Of a stretch of DNA of 64,000 nucleotides, positions 38,401 to 51,159 are shown piece after piece. The position numbers and the translations under genes are program-made. The notes beneath the pieces were generated by a model. The model had not been told where the DNA came from. It saw nothing but the letters and a program-made list of their open reading frames with translations, and did not search any database. The DNA comes from Carcharhinus longimanus (Eukaryota). The DNA is taken from NCBI GenBank assembly GCA_030264375.1, contig JASCQW010000139.1, positions 34,644,076 to 34,708,075 on the forward strand. The letters run 5' to 3'. Each line of letters begins with the position of its first letter. Within the stretch, counting starts at the first letter, position 1.

Positions 38401-39207
38401 GAGCCTGATTTTACCATTGACTAGCGCCCATTTTCAGGCACGAAAGTGTGGTAAAGTCGGGTGTGAGGCCATTAAGATGGCCTCACACATATAAGATGAT
38501 GAATGGGATGGATAGGATAGAGGTGGAGAGGTTCTTNNNNNNNNNNNNNNNNNNNNNNNNNNNNNNNNNNNNNNNNNNNNNNNNNNNNNNNNNNNNNNNN
38601 NNNNNNNNNNNNNNNNNNNNNNNNNNNNNNNNNNNNGAGGAGTGAGATCAGATCATTCTGCCGGGGGGGGGGTGGGGAGAATGAGGCCAGATCATTCTCT
38701 GGGGGTGGGGGAATGGGGCAGGGCGAGTGAGACCAGATCATTCCCGGGATTTGCGGGAGGGGAGGAAGGGAGGTGGGTAAGATGTGTCTCTGGGGGTGGT
38801 GAAGGGGGGTGGGGGGGTGGTTCGTTGCCACTCTGCAGGCAAACATTTGGGGTGGAAGTGGGGCAGGGGGTTCGCGATTGATCTGGGTAGCAGGAGGGTG
38901 TGTATAAGGGGGAACATTGATGTCTCTGCGGGCCATTGCTCCCGCTTTTCACTCCCGGTCCGCTTTCTGTGGCCTGGGAGCAATCTGACACGGGCGCTCT
39001 TTTTCAAATCTTTTTTCTAACTGTCCTTGTGTAGTTCAGAGCTCTGATCATTTTGGGCGCGCTAAGCCCCGTCTGCAGCACAATTCAGACCCGTGACCTT
39101 TTTTTTCAGACTAAGTGTGTATGGGGGTGCCTGAGAGCAGATTTCCAAGTCAGATCTGAATTGTGCCAAGATTCAGCATTTAGAATGAAAATGGTAAAAT
39201 TAGGCCC
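38401..39207. mobile_element. Non-autonomous DNA transposon (MITE, Harbinger-like GGGC ends) nested in an HE1-like SINE
   Basis: 18-bp terminal inverted repeats GAGCCTGATTTTACCATT and AATGGTAAAATTAGGCCC (16/18 match). Host SINE halves at 38357-38400 and 39208-39447. Internal CR1 fragment from about 38485 into the gap. Confidence 0.7.
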
Positions 39208-39816
39208 ATTGAGCCTGCACCAGCTCTCTGATAGAGTGTTTTACCCAGACCCCCTCCCCCACACATTTAGCATGGCCAATCTGCCTAACCCACACATGTT
39301 TGGACTATGGGTGAAAACCGGAGGACCCAGGCGAAACCCATGTGGACACTGGAACATGCACATTCCACAGTCAGTCCCCAAGGCTGCAATTGACCATGGG
39401 TCCCTGGCACCGAGGCAGCAGTGCTAACCACTGGGCCACTATACTGTCCTGAGTAAAATCCTCATGATTGCATTAGTTACAAAATGATAAATTTTTCTTG
39501 AAATTCGTGCTTCCCATATCTGGAAATTTCTCTCATGCATGAGATTTTAAATCTGCCAAAATCCTTTCATTTGCACAGGGTTAAAATTAGGTCCAAAGGC
39601 TCAAGGACAGCTAGCTGTACAAAGAGCTCCTTTAGTCTTGATTTTAGAAGTTACGTCTGTAAACAGCTTGCAACCATTCGATTAGCCTGTGCTAAAGGCA
39701 GTGTGTTAAATGTGCAATGAATCCAATATTGTAAACTGATCCTCATGTATGACAGGGCTAAGGCTTTACTGAGGCTGTTTGCTTTCTTTCTAACTTACTG
39801 ATCCTTTTACTTGCAG

Positions 39817-39974
39817 CTGATTGGTAGAGTAAACGCGGACCCGGATTATCTACCCCGGACTACTGATTTTGGACTGAATGTCCCTGTTTTCTTGGATCGA
39901 TACTGTCCAGAAGAATGTCCAGCTGCTTTCTTTCCAATTGCAGTCATGTGCTGTGACCTGGATCCTGAAAAGAG
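39817..39974 (+). CDS. LIMK1: LIMK1 exon 15
   Basis: ttgcag|CTG ATT GGT ... AAG AG|gtgggt; 158 nt; [53 protein letters not shown]. Confidence 0.96.
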
Positions 39975-41154
39975 GTGGGTCCCTCAATGATTTAAGCAAA
40001 CTTTGAAGTGTAAGGACCAATGTGAAAACAACATACTGGAAATCTGAAAGGCAAAATGGTGCCTTCATTGACATAAACCGTTAACTCTTTTTCTCTCTAC
40101 ACGTGCTGCCTGACCTCCTGACTTTGCAGCATTTTCTGGTATTATTTGAAATGTGAGGTGGAAGGTTTTGCGATGGATAGGTTTGACTAAGGCTAAAGAT
40201 CTGAATGTGTTTGAGGTTGTAATGGAAGGGTTTGAATGAGTAAAGGTGGAGGTGGCTAAAGATTGAATTGTGCTATTAACTGAAAAAGGTGGCAAGGCTT
40301 GAATAGAACCAACTGGGGGAGATTTGAAGACATTTATGGTTTGTTGCATAAGAATCTGGATGACTCTGCAGTTGGAGTGTAAGGATTTGGGTGACATTGC
40401 TGTTGGGATGTCCAGATTGGGCTTAACACTAAAGTTGATTTCTGGGTTATGAGTGATAGTCGGAGTGAACGGGCTTGTTTGCAGCACCAAAATTTAATAT
40501 GGAACAGTTTGGATGGCACTGCCGTGAAAACTATTCTGCCTTCTACCATCTCGGTAGCTACATGACATAACATGAATGAAGTTATTGACTAATTGTAGCC
40601 AACAATTATTCTACAATCGGCCCAGGCCTGACAGCTTCGGGGGGAAAAAATAGCTTGGACATGTTGAGCGGTGCTGAGTGTTAGTAGGGAATATCGTTAG
40701 TTTTGTTGTGCCTACTATGCTGCCTTTAACCATCAAAATTTATTGACGTTTTTAATGAATTTTCTTCATGGACGTGTCTGGCCAAATGGCCTATTTCTGC
40801 CCTGTAAACATATTACACTATTCAATTTATAATATTTGTGACATATTTGCAGTTGAATAACTTTGACTAGTTTGCATTTACATTATATTCACAGCATTGT
40901 GATGAACTCTTGGAATTATCCTCAATGAAAATTCATTATTACTTTGCCCATTTGTCGTCCTCTTACTAAATCATCTTAACCCTCAATCTTCAATAATTCT
41001 TCAAACATATCTGGGGGTGACTGTACAGGGAGGCAAGCAACTGCCAAACTTGCATAATGAAGACAGGCAAGTTTGATAGTTTTGCTAATGAATGTAAATG
41101 AGGAGGTGGGATTAAGGGAAGCCTGACGCTCTGTTCTTCAGTGGGAGTTCAGTA

Positions 41155-42120
41155 GATTTCTGAGAGAGACGAGAGATGAAATTGCTAGTTCTCTAACAGA
41201 AATGTTTGTTTCTTCATTGGAAACAGGTGAGGTCCCAGAGGATTAGAGGATTGCAAATGAGGTTGCGTTATTTAAGAAGGGTAGCATGGATAACCTGGGT
41301 AATTATAGGCCATGGTAGGGAAATTGAGCTTGACGTCCATGGTAGGGAAATTGTTGGAGAAGTTTCGTAGAGATAGGATCTATACATATTTAGAACTGAA
41401 TAGTCTCATTAGCGATTGACAACGTGGTTTTGTACGAGGGAGGTCGTGCCTCACAAATTTGGTTGAGTTTTTTGAGGAGGTGGCAAAAATGATTTGATGA
41501 GGGAAGGGCCATGGATGTCGTCTATATGGATGTTAGTAAAGCGTTTGACAAGGTCCCTCATGGCAGGCTGGTGCAAAGGGTTAAATCTCACTGGATCAAA
41601 GGTGAACTGGCTAGATGGGTACAGAACTGGCTTGGCCATAGAACAGAGGGTAGCAGGTCTTTTTCTGATTGGAGGTCTGTGACTAGTGGTGTTCCACAGG
41701 GCTGTGCACTGGGACCTCTGCTGTTTGTGATATATATAAATGATTTGAAAGAAGATGGAGCTGGTCTGATTAGTAAGTTTGCAGACGACACAAAGATTGC
41801 TGGAGTTGCGGATAGTGATGAACATTGTCAGAAATTACAGCAGGATATAGATAGGCTGGAAAATTGGGCGGAGCAATGGCAGATGGAATTTAATCCAGAT
41901 AAATGCAAAGTGAAGCATTTTGGTAGATCTAATGCAGGGGGAGCTATACAATAAATGGCAGAACCATCAGAAGTTTAGACACACAGAGGGATCTGGGTGT
42001 GCAAGTCCACAGATCCTTAAAGGTGGCAGCACAGATGGAAAAAGTGGTGAAGAAGGCATATGGCATGCTTGCCTTTATTGGACAGGGCATAGAGTATAAA
42101 AGTTGGCATATGATGTTGCA
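41155..42120 (+). mobile_element. CR1 LINE ORF2 reverse transcriptase, disrupted, continuing into a gap
   Basis: DVVYMDVSKAFDKVPH, SGVPQGCALGPLLFVIYINDL, KFADDTK, QMEFNPDKC; stops and frameshifts upstream. Confidence 0.93.
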
Positions 42121-42793
42121 NNNNNNNNNNNNNNNNNNNNNNNNNNNNNNNNNNNNNNNNNNNNNNNNNNNNNNNNNNNNNNNNNNNNNNNNNNNNNNNN
42201 NNNNNNNNNNNNNNNNNNNNNNNNNNNNNNNNNNNNNNNNNNNNNNNNNNNNNNNNNNNNNNNNNNNNNNNNNNNNNNNNNNNNNNNNNNNNNNNNNNNN
42301 NNNNNNNNNNNNNNNNNNNNNNNNNNNNNNNNNNNNNNNNNNNNNNNNNNNNNNNNNNNNNNNNNNNNNNNNNNNNNNNNNNNNNNNNNNNNNNNNNNNN
42401 NNNNNNNNNNNNNNNNNNNNNNNNNNNNNNNNNNNNNNNNNNNNNNNNNNNNNNNNNNNNNNNNNNNNNNNNNNNNNNNNNNNNNNNNNNNNNNNNNNNN
42501 NNNNNNNNNNNNNNNNNNNNNNNNNNNNNNNNNNNNNNNNNNNNNNNNNNNNNNNNNNNNNNNNNNNNNNNNNNNNNNNNNNNNNNNNNNNNNNNNNNNN
42601 NNNNNNNNNNNNNNNNNNNNNNNNNNNNNNNNNNNNNNNNNNNNNNNNNNNNNNNNNNNNNNNNNNNNNNNNNNGGTTAGATTTAATTTTGAAGTTATTT
42701 CAAACCATGTTTCACAACATCTTCCAAAGCCTACTGTGTTGCTGTTATAACCACCATATTAAGCTAGTCCTGATGCTTGTTTCTTTTTCACAG

Positions 42794-42944
42794 GCCATCC
42801 TTTATGAAGCTGGAACAGTGGCTATTAGCTCTGAAACTGCACATGGAGATGCACCTTCCACTCACCTCTGATCTGGAACAGCTCAATCATTCCTTCTTCC
42901 AGAATCATTCAAGAAGCAAAGAGAAGCTTCTAGAAACCATGTGA
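42794..42944 (+). CDS. LIMK1: LIMK1 exon 16 coding part, ends at TGA
   Basis: tcacag|G CCA TCC TTT ... ATG TGA; PSFMKLEQWLLALKLHMEMHLPLTSDLEQLNHSFFQNHSRSKEKLLETM*. Confidence 0.94.
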
Positions 42945-45900
42945 GCTGGCCCACTTGAACACAAAGCTGAACCGTTGCAGTGTAATCTACAAGCATGCTG
43001 ATGTTCAGCTGACCACCTTCACATAATGACACATTTCATCAGCGTACTGGGCACAATCAAACCTGCAAGTACACCACTGTGCTGTTTATAATCCTGCGGG
43101 AAGACCCCTTCAGCTTTTAACATTTCACCGGACAACAAGGCTACTCAACTAATGTAAATAGCTGGCCACCTCCAGTTGGACACGGAAAGGGTGTGGGACG
43201 GTTTATAGGATATTGGTGTAAGTGGCTATTTCCACAGTGATCTCTTGAACCCAGGGCACCTGACACATGATTTGTAGATAAATGAAGCCCTGCAGTTAGT
43301 GGCAGGATAGAGTTACTGCTCCAACTCTGAATACAGAGAAACCCACTTTGTGGTAATGTGTGAAAGGTATTTGGGCTGTGCTATCCAGCACAATGAACTC
43401 TCAGCAGGAAATGCCGCTGACTTGGCCATCTCTCTGTCTAATAGAGGGGCAACAGGATGGCTGGTGAGAGTTGGAAAGTTGCCATGTTGTGGAGAAAGAG
43501 ATGCTGTTTCGACTGGAGTGGTGGAGGGACTGCACCTGACTGCTGTGCCTGAGCTGGGACTGAATGATACTGGCAGCACGAGCCTGAACTGAAATTTTCC
43601 ATTCCAAGCACTAATGTCCCTTATCTTGATGATGAGCGCCAGATTAGAAACTGGTGTTGTGCGTCCAGAGGGAAAGACAAACTGTTATAGCTCATTCCCA
43701 ATTTGGAAACATTGGTGACAGGGGTAGAAAAATCTACAGCTGAAATTTCAAACAGCAGTTACATCTCATCACAAATTATTGAATCAAGTGGAGGGATCAG
43801 GGATATGGTCTAGTATTAACATGTTAGTTTATCAAGGTTTATAGCCATGCAACATTTAGTGAGGAGCTACTTAATTGAGATTAAACCCCTTTAATGGACT
43901 GAAAAATTAATTATGTGCTTGATGAAACTATTTAAGGAATGAAAGAGTTTCAAAATGGTAATTCTGCTATAACTTTAGACACTGCAAGTTTGCAATATTT
44001 TATGAATCTTGTCACTGCATTGTACTTCCTCATTCTTGAGTGTTCACAGAGAATGAGTCTGTCCTAACCTGACTCCACTGAGTGTCTTCAGCCCCTCGAG
44101 CTTCATCCAGTCTTTCCATTTACACACTGGTTTATCCTCTGGCTTTGACCACTATCCCCATTGACAGCAACTCATCCTTCTTTTGGAACAAGAGGTGCAA
44201 AGCACCAACATCTGACAGTGCCGCTCATATGTTAGAATTCTATTTGGCTTCTTTCCCATTTTCAAGAGAGCTCTGTGATGGTTTCTCCTTCCTTTTCTGC
44301 ATTCTCTATCACACACACCTTTCCATTTCTGTTGTACTGTCTATTAATCTTGCTCCTTCAATGTTGCTTTCTGCTCCAGGAATTTCTCGCACCCCTAGTA
44401 CCACAGTCACTTCTATTCACCTGGAATCACCTGGTTTCCAAGGTGTCCATTTGGAGTTTGTGACTGTACTTTATCTTGCATCTTCTGACACACTCATCCT
44501 CCCCTTCTCTCTCTTCCTACCTATTAGTAAGATGACCACAATGGTCCCCTTCTCTGAAAAATCTTGACACCTCATGGATATAGCACTAACTGAAATTTTT
44601 GAAGTGAAGTTGGTCTTTCATCAAAGTATTGTGTCCGTCTAAATCAATGTCATTTTAATCATTGCACCATCCAACATATAGCCATTGCTTTTCCTTGAGC
44701 TTTAGGTTTTGGAGATGGCCCCCCAAGACCAGGGACGTAAAAACTCAGCTTCCCGTCCATTGTGTTTCCTGGGAACATTCATCTTCTTCTTGTTTATTCC
44801 ACTCTGTGAACTGTAATCAGATATGGACTTGACTTTCTGTAAAGCCAAAAGCATCCCCCTTGGGTATCCAAGACTGGGATGAAGCCAGGCCGAATACGCT
44901 GGCTCTCAAGCCAAGTCAAGCTTTCCATTCAACTATCCAAGCCTGGCTGGGACAGAAGCACCATCTGCTCTGTATCTAGTGACTCTGAATGTAGCACTTG
45001 TGGCTGCCGAACATCACTTTGCAGACTCACACTATTTCCAAAGGACAAAATTCACTTTGTTTTCTGTTCTTTATTTCTTGTGTTTATTTCTAAATTGTAA
45101 TTTGCGTAATTCCTACTTTCCATAGACATTTGAGATTGTATTTTCACTTCTCTACTTCCACCTCACATCTACAATTGTACATTTTTTTTAACTCTCAGGC
45201 TGTTCTGCTTTCAAGATTATCTGCTTTACATTGGACAAAAGCAAGTCACATTTCAGGAACTTAGTGATGTGATGTTAATACTCTTACACTTCTGGGACCT
45301 GAGTGCTAACCCACTCCAGACTCGGGCAGGGGGAAGAACTGCACTGCTCAAATACATTTTTATTGTGACCACAGTCTGAATATCCGAATCCTAAAGATAA
45401 CTTCACAGTGATGGCTAGTGTAGGAATTGGAAAAATGTACAATAATCTATTTGGATGATGGTTTTGAGATTGGGCTAAGGAACAAGGGGAAATATGTACA
45501 GGAAACTTGGCTCTGAATTAACCTGTGCTGTACCTGATTTGAAGGTATTCCATGAAACAATGCTAAGGGGGCTTTAATCTACATTATACCCTCATACATA
45601 AGGATGTTTACTACACGTAAAAGACAGACTTCCAGACACCCATAGGCTTAGTGCCAGTCTATTGAGATGTGTGAACTTTGAACTGTTAAATATCTGTTGA
45701 CGTTAGAAAGATCTGCAGCTTGTGTAAATTAAGAAGATTGTTTTGAGAGTGATTTTTCACCGTGCATTAGGACCCAAGCCACAACTTTATTTAGCTCTGC
45801 AGTGTGTACTGGAGAATTGCCATTTTAGCTTTACAAGGCAAGGACAGAAACGATTGACACATCCCCCGCCTTTTCCTGCACTGACCCGTGGTCTGCCAGC

Positions 45901-47945
45901 TGGTATTTAGAAAATTAGAATTGGCTATTCCAAGCACTGTGTCTTAATGCCGAGATGCCATATGTCAATAATGTATTTGAGTTAAATGTCCCAAGTATCT
46001 CAGGATTCACTTTGTTAGANNNNNNNNNNNNNNNNNNNNNNNNNNNNNNNNNNNNNNNNNNNNNNNNNNNNNNNNNNNNNNNNNNNNNNNNNNNNNNNNN
46101 NNNNNNNNNNNNNNNNNNNGTTAGATATTTCACAGTCCTGTATTACCATGTCTGTACTAACACGGATGTACTGAAGGTGGAGGGAACGCATTCTGCAATC
46201 TCTCAGCATCATCTGCCTGACAGATGTGGGGCTCCATGAGGTAAATATTTGTAAGTGTTCCTCTAATGCTTGGCCTTAAAACACTGTACTGCACTTAGTG
46301 TTGACAGCCTGATTACAAGTGGCTGTTGCTCTGTATCATTATTGTCCCCATCTAACTGTTTTCAGTAAGTTTGAAGACCAACATTCTATTTGTTATACAC
46401 TGTGTAAATGGTAAATCCAATTCAAAATATTCACCAGCTTACACATGGCAAGAGAGTATAGAAAGCTGAAATTGTTGCTTTTGCAGATTACTTGCAGTGA
46501 AGGGATTGTGTTATTGCTTTCTCACCCTGATTTCAATATTTAAGTTTTGATGGAGGCAGAGATGCAATTATTAAGATGAATGGGAGTGGCATTGTGGATA
46601 ATGAGGTCCATGTCTGGGCCTTATTAGTTTAATTCTATTACAGAGGGTAATAAATCAGTTTAGGATTTTTCCCTTGAATGCCATTAACAAATGCTGGGCA
46701 ATTCTCTTGCATGGCCATTGATTGAAGAATGAATTGAGTTTGGCTCTGACTGTCAAATAAGCTGGTAACAATTTCCAACTGAATTGGCAGTCGCACCTGA
46801 GAATCTATTGCCCAGAATGTCCCTGAAATTGGCAAACTTTGTAGGGAGTAGGGTGGGGCAGTGTTTGTGCAAATTTGCAAGTTGCTGAGCTCCCAAAATA
46901 AAATGCTCTGTGGTTTCTGAATCCATTAGTTTGCACAGAGGGACATGGGCAATAAACACGAAGCAATCCTGTGGATCCAACCTGTTCTTTTTTATGCCGT
47001 GGGATCCTATTGATCTCTGTAATTCAAACTTATAAATAGCTCCCATAGTCAAACATAAATGTTATGGTTAAATGAGTCAAAGGAAAGTTGACAGGGAGAA
47101 AAGGGTGTATTTCTCAACCTTAAATTACTTCAGAAACTAGCATGTTTGAATGTTGGACTCATTCAAATTACCAGAATAAAAACCCAAAATGGAACTGCTT
47201 GCTGGTTCAGTGTGCAGTGTGGACAAGCAGTTCAATCCCTGATCAGTGCTGAATTAACAGTGGCATATTACAATTGGCCTCAATGATCCTGGCTTAGGAA
47301 TGGTGAAGATTTGCATTCAATTAACACCTGCAACAAGGGAGTAATGTTTGGAACAAGTTTCAATGTCTTCCATGGTTAAATAGCCTGGTGATATTTATTG
47401 TCTAAATGCCTTTGAAGAATGGCACATTGGACTGTTGGCAGATGTGGGTGCCTTCTGTAGACAAGGTAGAAACTTCAGTAACAATGGAGGAATTATATCT
47501 GTCATACAGTGGCATCGATTTGTCTTTAAACTTCATGCAATCATATTTGTNNNNNNNNNNNNNNNNNNNNNNNNNNNNNNNNNNNNNNNNNNNNNNNNNN
47601 NNNNNNNNNNNNNNNNNNNNNNNNNNNNNNNNNNNNNNNNNNNNNNNCTCACCGAAAAACCTGAGAAACTCTTCGCACTTAAGTTAATCTGTGCCTTGTT
47701 TAGCCAGAGCTGTCAAGGACCAGTGGTTGGTTTATGTTATTTATGAAATCAACTTGCATTTTCTAACATTGTTAATTTATTGTTTCTGTGGAATTAGTCA
47801 TATCATTCCAGTGTTTCATTCCTCATGTTTATGTTTTGAAACTGTGAACATAGTGCACTTTACACACAAGGGTGACTATGACAGCAATTCTGTAAAGTAT
47901 TGTAACAGGAAAATGAATAAAACCAGCTTCATCTCAACCAGCAAC
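42945..47945 (+). other. Probable long LIMK1 3' UTR
   Basis: About 5 kb largely free of the recent SINE/LINE copies that fill the introns. It ends in a U/UG-rich stretch followed by AATAAA at 47916-47921. Other AATAAA hexamers lie near 46900, 46950 and 47175. Confidence 0.5.
47916..47921 (+). terminator. Candidate LIMK1 polyadenylation signal
   Basis: AATAAA preceded by two TGTA elements (CTGTAAAGTATTGTAACAGGAAAATGAATAAA). Confidence 0.5.
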
Positions 47946-48694
47946 TTTATCAGCATCTTGTACATTCTGTTTTTAAAAAACAAATCTCAGACCGAGGGTA
48001 TTAATCAGCCAGACTTCTTCCTCACTGAATCCTGTTGGAAATGGGGAGTATTTGAGTGAATTTGTGAATGTTAAATGTGCTGTCAACAATCCTTAAAAGG
48101 TTATTTCACTAAAATCTTAATATATAATCAAAGGATCAGTAACATGGAAATGTAGCTCACAAGGAGAGGACGTTAATAAGAAAAGAATGAGAATGGCTTT
48201 ATTTTCTGATAGGGGTGATCTTTTGAGGTTTGGGCTGAGGCACACTTGAGGGGCAAGTAGAAGAGCTTCACTGCATTTAACAGTACTTTGTCTAAGTGGG
48301 ATGCTTAACATTGACATGGGATATCCAAATGGAAAGTATTCCATCCCTTGGCGTTATACTACATTTGGCTGTACCATAGTTGACCTGAATACACATCCTG
48401 TGAGCTTTGCATGAAAAGGTCCAGAACAAAAATGGCCACAATAAACAAGGCAGAAAGATGAAGTTCCTCCTATTAAGTAAGATTCAGCAGCTGTTGATTA
48501 AACAGCATCCTCTGCTGGTGGAAAATCTCTATTAAAAGATTGAAAGGAATTGTTTCAAAGTGGGATTGTAGTTTTCTCTTCCCTCTTATCAGAATTCATG
48601 GGTTAATATAAAGAAATTAAACACAATTAAGAAGAATAAATAACTGATACTAATTGAAAATGGGATCAATTGTGAACATAACCAGAAACGTTTT

Positions 48695-49308
48695 TAAGTT
48701 TGTTTATTAGTGTCACAAGTAGGCTTACACTGCAATGAAGTTATTGTGAAAATCCCCTAGTTGCCACACTCCAGCGCCTGTTCGGGTAAGAACATAAGAA
48801 ATAGGAGCAGGAGTAGGCCATCTAGCCCCTCGAGCCTGCCCCGCCATTCAATAAGATCATGNNNNNNNNNNNNNNNNNNNNNNNNNNNNNNNNNNNNNNN
48901 NNNNNNNNNNNNNNNNNNNNNNNNNNNNNNNNNNNNNNNNNNNNNNNNNNNNNNNNNNNNNAGTCTGTCGAGCACCACCTCTCTAGTAACAACAATGTCA
49001 TTGAGACCCTCCAGTCCTACCACCTTTCCATCGCTAACACCCAGCAAATTATTCACATTTTCCTCCGTGAAGACGGAAACAAAACACTGAGGAGACACTG
49101 AGGTACACTGAGGAGAATTTATCATGGCCAATGTACCTAACCAGCACATCTTTTGGACCGTGGGGGGAAACCAGAGCAGCAGAGGAAACTTACACAGACA
49201 CGGGGAGAACATGCAGACTCCACACAGACAGACTGTCACACAAGCCAGAAATCGAATCTGGGTCCCTGGTGCTGTGTGGCAGCAGTGTTAGTCACTGTGC
49301 TGCCATAG
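48695..49308 (-). mobile_element. HE1-like V-SINE (tail B) split by a young CR1 insertion
   Basis: The SINE reads ...CGCCTGTTCGGGTA | GGTACACTGAGGAGAATTTATCATGGCC... around the insertion. Confidence 0.85.
48787..49083 (-). mobile_element. Young CR1 insertion (ends visible, body collapsed in a gap)
   Basis: Tail identical to 19725-19795. The 5' end encodes FVSVFTEENVNNLL...VVTREVVLDR (ORF2). GGTA occurs at both ends. Confidence 0.88.
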
Positions 49309-51159
49309 CCACCATCTATGCTGTTGGTGATGAGAGTGAAATGAAAGATTTGCATTTATAAAGCAGTTTTCATAACTTCAGTGCTTTACAGTTGAAGTAT
49401 TTTTAAAATGTAGAGGCTGCTGTAATGTAGGAAACATGACAGTAAATTTGCCAAATCAAGCTCCTACAAACAGCAAAATAAGCTGTACATTTTCAGTAAT
49501 AATGGTTAAAGATTGAAGATCAGCTTGGATAGCAGGAAGAAATTGTTCTCTTTTAAAAGTAATGGAGATTTTCTTTATAGCCTCCCATGAGGGCAAATAG
49601 CGATCTCCATTTAATTGTTCACCAAAATGGGGAAGCGAAATGACCTGACTTACTGTGAGCTACTGAGTAGCTTGTGGAAAACCAGGTATTTAAGGGAGGA
49701 AATTATTAACAAATGGGACACAGTACCAAGTAGCAAAATGATGGGGAATACATAGCAGGTGGAGGTAGTGGATGATCAACTTGAGTGGCATGGACAAGAT
49801 CAACATGTTGTGGAGGATGTGGGGGGCGGAATTACTTTGTGTGGAGGTAGTATTTGGCAGAACAGTAATGAATATGTACAGAATGTATGCTGGAGAGGTA
49901 AGTGGGTGTTATCTAGTGAACATGGAGTATTGGGTGCCTGGGGGCTTGTGGAAGTAGCTTGCAGGCTAGAAAATGTGTGAACATTTTGAAATTATGGTTG
50001 GAAAAGAATGGCAATGGAGGATGAGAGTGAGGAGCATCTAACTGAGCACTAGGAGGAATGTAGACCCAACATGAACACAGGCAGTTGTGTCAGAATGGAG
50101 AGCAGTAAGATTAAAATGGGAGATAAATCTAAGTTTGATTTATTATTGTCACATGTATTGGGGTACATTGAAAAGTATTGTTTCTTGCATGCTGTATAGA
50201 CAAAACATTACATTCATAGTGTGCATAGGGAAGGAAAAGAGAGGGTGCAGAATGTTACAGTTACAGATATGAATGGAAGTGATGGAACTGTGTCCATATA
50301 TGTGAGGAAGGAAACCTGATGGAATTGATCAGGAAGAGATCGAGAATGTTGTTTTGAGTATAAGGTTTCTCATGTGGAAGTGATGGGAGTACCTCCCAAG
50401 TATACCAAGAATTAATTAAATAAATCAGTTTTCAAAAGAAAACAAAGCAAATGAACAATACATGAAACATTAACTACATGCAAACAGCTCTGTGACAAGT
50501 GGAATTCCTGAGAAATAAATTGAGGCTCAAAAATCAACTATTTCAAAAAGATAGAAGTTTTTATTTGAAGGGTTGCAATACATTTCAATGACCAGTGGAA
50601 TCATAGTGAGGGTTGGTGGATGGAGTTTATATATGCAGCATCACCAATATACAATGGTACTAAAAGCAAGCTTTAAATCTGCTTCTAGGGTATTAATTTA
50701 AAAATGCATGCCAGGGATGATATCACAAAAAAGACACTTCTGTTTCGTGATTGAAGAAATCTGTTATATACAATGTCCAATCTGTGGACTAAAACCCAGC
50801 CTTTGAAGCCTCTATTTCCATCCTGCAGACTCACTGTTCAAACCTCAAGAAAACTGAATGAGATACCCACCAAGGAGTGGTTCCTCCAATCACTGGCTGT
50901 TTCTCTCCCACAGTTGCCTATCAGCAGGAAATTCTGGAAAGAATCAATCTTTGAGTGGAGGAGTAGTGGACAATGTGAGGGTGAGTGGCTGCTCCATTGT
51001 TTTAAGAGAGCATGCTCTCGCGCTCTCTCTCTTGACTTCCCGCACAGACCCTGGCCCCTAAAGAGCACAAGCCAAAGATGGGGGAGCAGGGCGGGCACGA
51101 GGAAAACAAAGTCCCGTATATTATTTTCAAAAATAAAAAAATCAAACTCTGCAAATACA

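Noticed and set aside
44082-44567. 161-aa ORF in the putative 3' UTR
   Set aside because: Non-ATG start, pyrimidine-rich Ser/Leu/Phe-biased composition and no recognisable domain; probably very old repeat-derived sequence.
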